DNA of 63,915 nucleotides, counting the filler, from Stramenopiles sp. TOSAG23-6 (lineage: Eukaryota): the NCBI GenBank assembly GCA_900128565.1. It is 4 parts of 4 records of this genome, joined end to end, with 100 filler letters (N's around TTAATTAATTAA, not from the genome) between each part and the next. Parts side by side here need not be neighbours in the genome. Positions count along the whole stretch, not along the records: positions 48,847 to 63,915 come from LT636127.1; 3 more parts are not named here. One strand, written 5' to 3'. The translations under genes and the position numbers were made by a program. The notes below the pieces were generated by a model that was not told the origin of the DNA, searched no databases, and saw nothing but the letters and a program-made list of their open reading frames with translations. This document shows, in pieces, positions 59,349 through 63,915 of this stretch (position 1 is its first letter; every line of letters begins with the position of its first letter).

Positions 59349-60644
59349 TTATCTACGACTTCTTCTTTGTTTTTTATGATCGTCTGTTCCTCGACTTTTT
59401 TCATCTCGACCTCTTTTTCTACTTCTTTCATTATGACTACTACGACTACTATGTCGACGATCTGAACCACGATCTGGACCACGATTAGATTCAGATCGAT
59501 CATTTCGACTTCGATCTCTATCTCTACCGCGACTACTACGGTCATCTCGACTACTGCGGTCATCTCGACTACTGCGGTCATCTCTACGACTAGCATTTCC
59601 ACGACTATTACTATGTTCATTTTTTCCTGGAGATTTTGAGCGTCTCCTTTTCTGTCCATCTCCTGACCCACCATCACCAGCATTACCAACGTCTTTAGAA
59701 TTACGAGGTGAAGTACGAGAAGAATTGCGACGACCATGTCTTTGTTCACCTTGATGCCGACTATCTGAAGGAGGTGGACCACCACGATTGTTTTGATATC
59801 CATTATTATTATTATTATTCGATGGTCCACCTGTCCATTGCTGTGGTGGCGGAGGCCCTCTTGGACCGCCCCAACCAGGAGGGGGGCCATTAGGAGGCAT
59901 GAAACGACTATTATTAGGACCAGGTGGTGGTCCTGACCACTGTTGTTGTTGACCATTTGGACCTCCATTATGAAAACCGGGGGGACCTCCCATTGGAAAA
60001 TTATTTCCATTACCACCAACATTACCAGGCATTTGCTGTTGACCACGTAATCCACCTGACATGTTGTTGTTTCCAGTACCACCATCTAATACTTTTACAG
60101 ACCCTTGCATAGTTTTATCTCGTCTAATTTCAATTTGTCTTTCACAGTAGGCTTTCCAAGTCTGTTCATTGAATCCATAATTAAAATAATCAGTAATATC
60201 CGCACCAGCTTCACGCCAAGGCTTTTCATCAAGTATATCAATTTCAATTTCGAACACTGTCTTTTGGGGGGCAGAAGAGAGAGGCTTACCACCAAATGAA
60301 AGACCTGTCTTTGTTCCTGTCGTAGTCGCAGAATGTGTCGCGGCTGCAGCTGTACCGGGCCTGACCCAAGTATTCTGTCCCGATAAGAAACGGATTTTTT
60401 TCGTACCCCCAGGCGTCTCTGGACCACCGCCTTCAGTAGACGTAGGTACAACAATCTTTGCAGTCGCACTTGCTTTACCTACAACAACTTCGAAGTCGTC
60501 TTCATCCGAGTCTTCTTCTTCAGCATCTTTCTCCTCAACTTTCTCCTCAGCTTTCTCCTCAGTTTTTCCCTCAGTTTTTACAACTTCTTTTTTTTCTTCC
60601 TTATATACATCACCACCGAAATCCGCATCCGTGGTACCAGTCAT
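59349..60644 (-). CDS. FIP1: Pre-mRNA 3'-end-processing factor FIP1
   Basis: Fip1 motif [29 protein letters not shown]; acidic N-terminus; Pro/Gly and RD/RS tail. Confidence 0.95.
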   Translation of the reverse strand: MTGTTDADFGGDVYKEEKKEVVKTEGKTEEKAEEKVEEKDAEEEDSDEDDFEVVVGKASATAKIVVPTSTEGGGPETPGGTKKIRFLSGQNTWVRPGTAAAATHSATTTGTKTGLSFGGKPLSSAPQKTVFEIEIDILDEKPWREAGADITDYFNYGFNEQTWKAYCERQIEIRRDKTMQGSVKVLDGGTGNNNMSGGLRGQQQMPGNVGGNGNNFPMGGPPGFHNGGPNGQQQQWSGPPPGPNNSRFMPPNGPPPGWGGPRGPPPPQQWTGGPSNNNNNNGYQNNRGGPPPSDSRHQGEQRHGRRNSSRTSPRNSKDVGNAGDGGSGDGQKRRRSKSPGKNEHSNSRGNASRRDDRSSRDDRSSRDDRSSRGRDRDRSRNDRSESNRGPDRGSDRRHSSRSSHNERSRKRGRDEKSRGTDDHKKQRRSRR

Positions 60645-60903
60645 TGTACTAAGTTAGACGTAGGAAAAATACAGAATAATCCTAGACACTTTTTAGACAA
60701 TTTATTAGACAACAAAAAAATAATGTTGTTGACGACTTTAGCGCGAGTCGCAAAAAAAATCGTGAACGGCGACAGGGACCGGGTAACTTCGACTGACTGC
60801 TGCATGCATGTCAAAAAGCTTTTTCTTTTTCGATCGATCTGACCTTAAAATATGCCTATCGAATAATAAATCGAGTATAAATACGTGACATTTCTTTTGA
60901 AAG

Positions 60904-61926
60904 ATGACGGGTAAAGCTTTATCTGCAAGAGAAGCGGAATTATATGATCGTCAGATTCGATTATGGGGTGTTCATGCCCAGCAGCGGATGCTCAGTTCTC
61001 ATGTACTCCTTGTTGGGCTTTCTGGGTTACACACTGAGACTGCAAAGAATCTAGTCCTTGCTGGGGTAAACGTTACTGTCGCTGACAACCGTAATGTCAC
61101 AGCGTCTGATACTGGTGTGCAATACTTTGTTACACCAACTGACATTGGTGTTAATCGCGTGACTGCTGCACTTCCTCGAATTCAAGCATTGAATCCAATG
61201 GCAACTGTGAAAGCAGTACCTACTTCACTTGAATCAAAAAATGTCGAGTTTTTCAAGCAATTTTCTGTGGTTTCGTTATCGGGTTGCTCGTGTACATTAG
61301 TTGAGCAAATGCGAATCAATGATATATGCCGTGCCAATAACATTGTTTTTTATGCTTCAGATACTGTAGGTTATTTTGGACAAATATTCGCCGATCTTGG
61401 TAAGCATAGTTATGTAAAAACAAATGGAAAAGGTGGCACAATTGTATCAAACGCACCAATTGAAGTAGTTTACCCAAGTCTTCGTGAAGCATGTGAACAG
61501 GCATCTTGGTCACAGCTACATTCTCAAATGCGTTGGGGTCTACCAGTATCATTTTTCGTTATGCAAGCTTGGCAACAATACAAGCACAATAATACTCAAG
61601 GAGAAAAGAATGGAAATGAAATTGATGATTTTGTCCCATTTGCCCAAAAATTATTCATGGAACGAAATGTCACAAATATAGTTGACAATGAAATTCTTGA
61701 ACGATTCGTTAAGTGTATTCCTTCCAAAACCACACTAGGTATTGTAGCAGAGTTAGTTCCCGTATGTGCAGTACTTGCTGGAATTCTATCACAGGATATA
61801 ATAAAAGCAATTTCTGGTCGCGATGAGCCCATTCGTAATTTCTTCAGTTTCGACGCTTTACAAAGTGATGGAAATGAAAGTTATGTTGCAGAGAATTTCA
61901 AAATTATTAGAGGTCATAGTTGTTAG
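60904..61926 (+). CDS. SAE1: SUMO-activating enzyme subunit 1 (Aos1)
   Basis: EAELYDRQIRLWG..AQQRM, ETAKNLVLAGV, LNPM, PVCAVLAGILSQDIIKAISGRDEPIRNFFSFD. Confidence 0.93.
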   Translation: MTGKALSAREAELYDRQIRLWGVHAQQRMLSSHVLLVGLSGLHTETAKNLVLAGVNVTVADNRNVTASDTGVQYFVTPTDIGVNRVTAALPRIQALNPMATVKAVPTSLESKNVEFFKQFSVVSLSGCSCTLVEQMRINDICRANNIVFYASDTVGYFGQIFADLGKHSYVKTNGKGGTIVSNAPIEVVYPSLREACEQASWSQLHSQMRWGLPVSFFVMQAWQQYKHNNTQGEKNGNEIDDFVPFAQKLFMERNVTNIVDNEILERFVKCIPSKTTLGIVAELVPVCAVLAGILSQDIIKAISGRDEPIRNFFSFDALQSDGNESYVAENFKIIRGHSC

Positions 61927-62054
61927 TTGTTTTCTTGTATCATACTCTTTATATTGATGATGCTGAAATGTATATAAATTTTCTATATAAAATTCTTATG
62001 GTAAAGAGAACAAATATGATATATCATCATTTTTCCAAATTTAATTTTATAATT

Positions 62055-63856
62055 TCATGTCAGTAAGTTCACCGATGAAGTATCTCCCTTGTTCTTCTTC
62101 TTTTTATCTTTCTTTTTTTTATCTTTTTTTTTCTTCTTTTCCTTCTTTGATTTTTTATCTTTCTTTTTTGTGTTGCTATTTTTACCACTATTATCATCAT
62201 GTTTTGGAGCTGTCTGTGTTGAATCAGTTCCAATACCTATCAAATTATCTAAATCATTCATTTCCCATGCAGATTCATTTTCAGTTTGCTTTGAAACATC
62301 CTTATTATTGTCATCATCATCCATAAAATCATCTAGAAAATTCGTGCTCTTCGAATCATTTTGTATGGAAGTAGTATTTATATCAAGTATATTGTTGTTA
62401 CTTTCATTCGAATCGTTTTTTACTTTTCTTTTTTTCTTCTTGTCCTTTTTTTTATTCTTTTTCTTTTTTCGAGACATGTTTGACTCATTTTTTTCATCTG
62501 GTATTTCTTTGGTTTTTCGATGACTCAAAGTCGGTATAACTTCATCCGCGTGTAATGGAACAGTTACATCAATATCAGCAAGACCTAGATCAGATTCATT
62601 ATTCTTTTTATCATTTGTGTCTACTTCCGAAACGTCATCAGAATCATCAGCTCCATCAGGTAGCTCTTCTTCATCCATAACAACATATTTTATCTTTGAT
62701 CGTTTATTTTTTTTATGACGACTTGTACTATTACTTTGTAAGTCTGACTTTCGTAACATTCGTATAGGAATTTTATCAACATCAAATGTATCAGAATTTT
62801 CATTATTATCTTCATTCGTTTTCTTCGAAGGCGAGTCTAAGTAATATGGATCATTTGCTTTTTTTACCATAGCTTTCATTTGTTTACGTTCATGTATTGT
62901 AAAAAAAATTAAATTCGAAATTTGTTAGGTACAAAATTTCGTACGAAAAAATAAATTTGAAATTCATAATGAAAACGTTCTCTTCTCTCAATACGACGAA
63001 GTTCTTTTGCTGATAACTTTTTTTTATCACTTTTACTCATTTGACCAATTTTACGTAATTCCATTTCATTTAATGCAGACGCTTCAACAGAAGCAATTAA
63101 TTCAATTTCTCCTTCGGAATGGTCTGATTCTTCTTCACTGGAATGAGTACCATCACTTTTGATAGAACAAAACTTCAAATCCGTAAACCAACGATTTGAC
63201 GCATTTTGAGAATTTTCTTTACTGACTTCCAATAGTTGTCGTGATTTTGGATCAATCCATTTTTCAAGATCTAGACCTTCAGGAATAGGGACTTTTTTCT
63301 GTGCTTTTGTTGATACAGCAGATAATTTTTTCTTATGTACACCATTCAAAGTAGATAATAAAGCAGAATGAGAAGAAGCTCCATCTTCTGAGAGTATTTC
63401 CATCAAACGAGTGAGAGATTCAACACGATCTGAGACTTCTATGTATGTTGAATTCTGCCAATTTGATAATTTTGCAATGCATAAAGCAACAATTGAATCT
63501 AAACATACAACTTTATCATTGTTTACATCATTGTCGTTTTCATTATTTTCATCATAATCAGTACTAGAGGGTAATCCATCACCTGCAGATCCAGCAACTG
63601 AGACAAATATCTTTAGTATAGCTTGTATATAGAAACTTTGAGTCTTCTCAGAAAGCTTTTCGGGTGAAGCACAAAGTAAAGATCCTAAGACACTTTCCGG
63701 ATGTTCAATGTATTCAGCATACTCTCCTACAATCCATGCACATGCGTATAGTACTTTATTTGTGCTACAACCTCTTGAAAGTAAAGAAATATCTGATAAT
63801 AAAGGAATCATACTTTTACATGCAAATTGTCGAACTACAGGAACACGTAATGATAC
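62055..63856 (-). CDS. AP3D1: AP-3 complex subunit delta, 3' part (exons 63856-62981 and 62891-62055)
   Basis: VSLRVPVVRQFA, VLYACAWIVGEYA, STYIEVSDR, VSTKAQKKVPIPEGLDLEKWI, NDPYYL; K-rich tail. Confidence 0.9.
62892..62980 (-). mobile_element. Introner-like intron, 89 nt, GA...AT by family alignment
   Basis: Minus strand AGA|GAACGTTTTCATT...CGTACGAAATTTTGTACCTAAC...ACAATACAT|GAACGT joins the two AP3D ORFs at phase 0. Confidence 0.8.
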
Positions 63857-63915
63857 ATGTATTTTGGAAAAATATTTCAAAAAAAAATCTAAAAAAAATT
63901 GTTAGGTACAAAATT
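63857..63915 (-). mobile_element. Introner-like intron, 3' part (truncated), ends AT
   Basis: Minus strand reads AATTTTGTACCTAAC...TTTCCAAAATACAT|GTATCATTACGT. Confidence 0.85.

Overview
Gene-dense, AT-rich nuclear DNA of a flagellated microbial eukaryote (standard code; taxon not determinable from sequence alone). It consists of four contigs (1-16283, 16384-32554, 32655-48746, 48847-63915) joined by artificial N44-TTAATTAATTAA-N44 linkers, so there is no synteny across linkers. Genes include a MER3/HFM1-like helicase 3' part, a giant HECT E3 ligase, RMC1, a SHIPPO-repeat protein, a membrane-anchored LPMO-like protein, ankyrin proteins, a Nudix hydrolase, CFAP53, a tandem RhoGEF-PH-FYVE protein, secreted low-complexity proteins, an alpha-2-macroglobulin/CD109-like thioester protein, an NYN protein, FIP1, SAE1 and AP-3 delta. 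The main finding is that every intron I could identify (16 complete, 5 contig-truncated) belongs to one repeated ~83-149 nt family: GTAYGTTTT...TTTCGTACGAAATTTTGTACCTAAC...AAAATAC-NN. Most copies lack the canonical 3' AG. Of the 16 complete copies, 12 end in AT, 1 in TT, 1 in GG and 2 in AG, and in 11 the terminal dinucleotide duplicates the last two exon bases. Together with short terminal inverted repeats, this points to a transposon-derived (Introner-like) intron family with non-canonical 3' splice sites. A 6.84-kb perfect inverted duplication spans contig 2 and may be an artefact. A strand-oriented ACAAACCTGC motif lies upstream of four genes.
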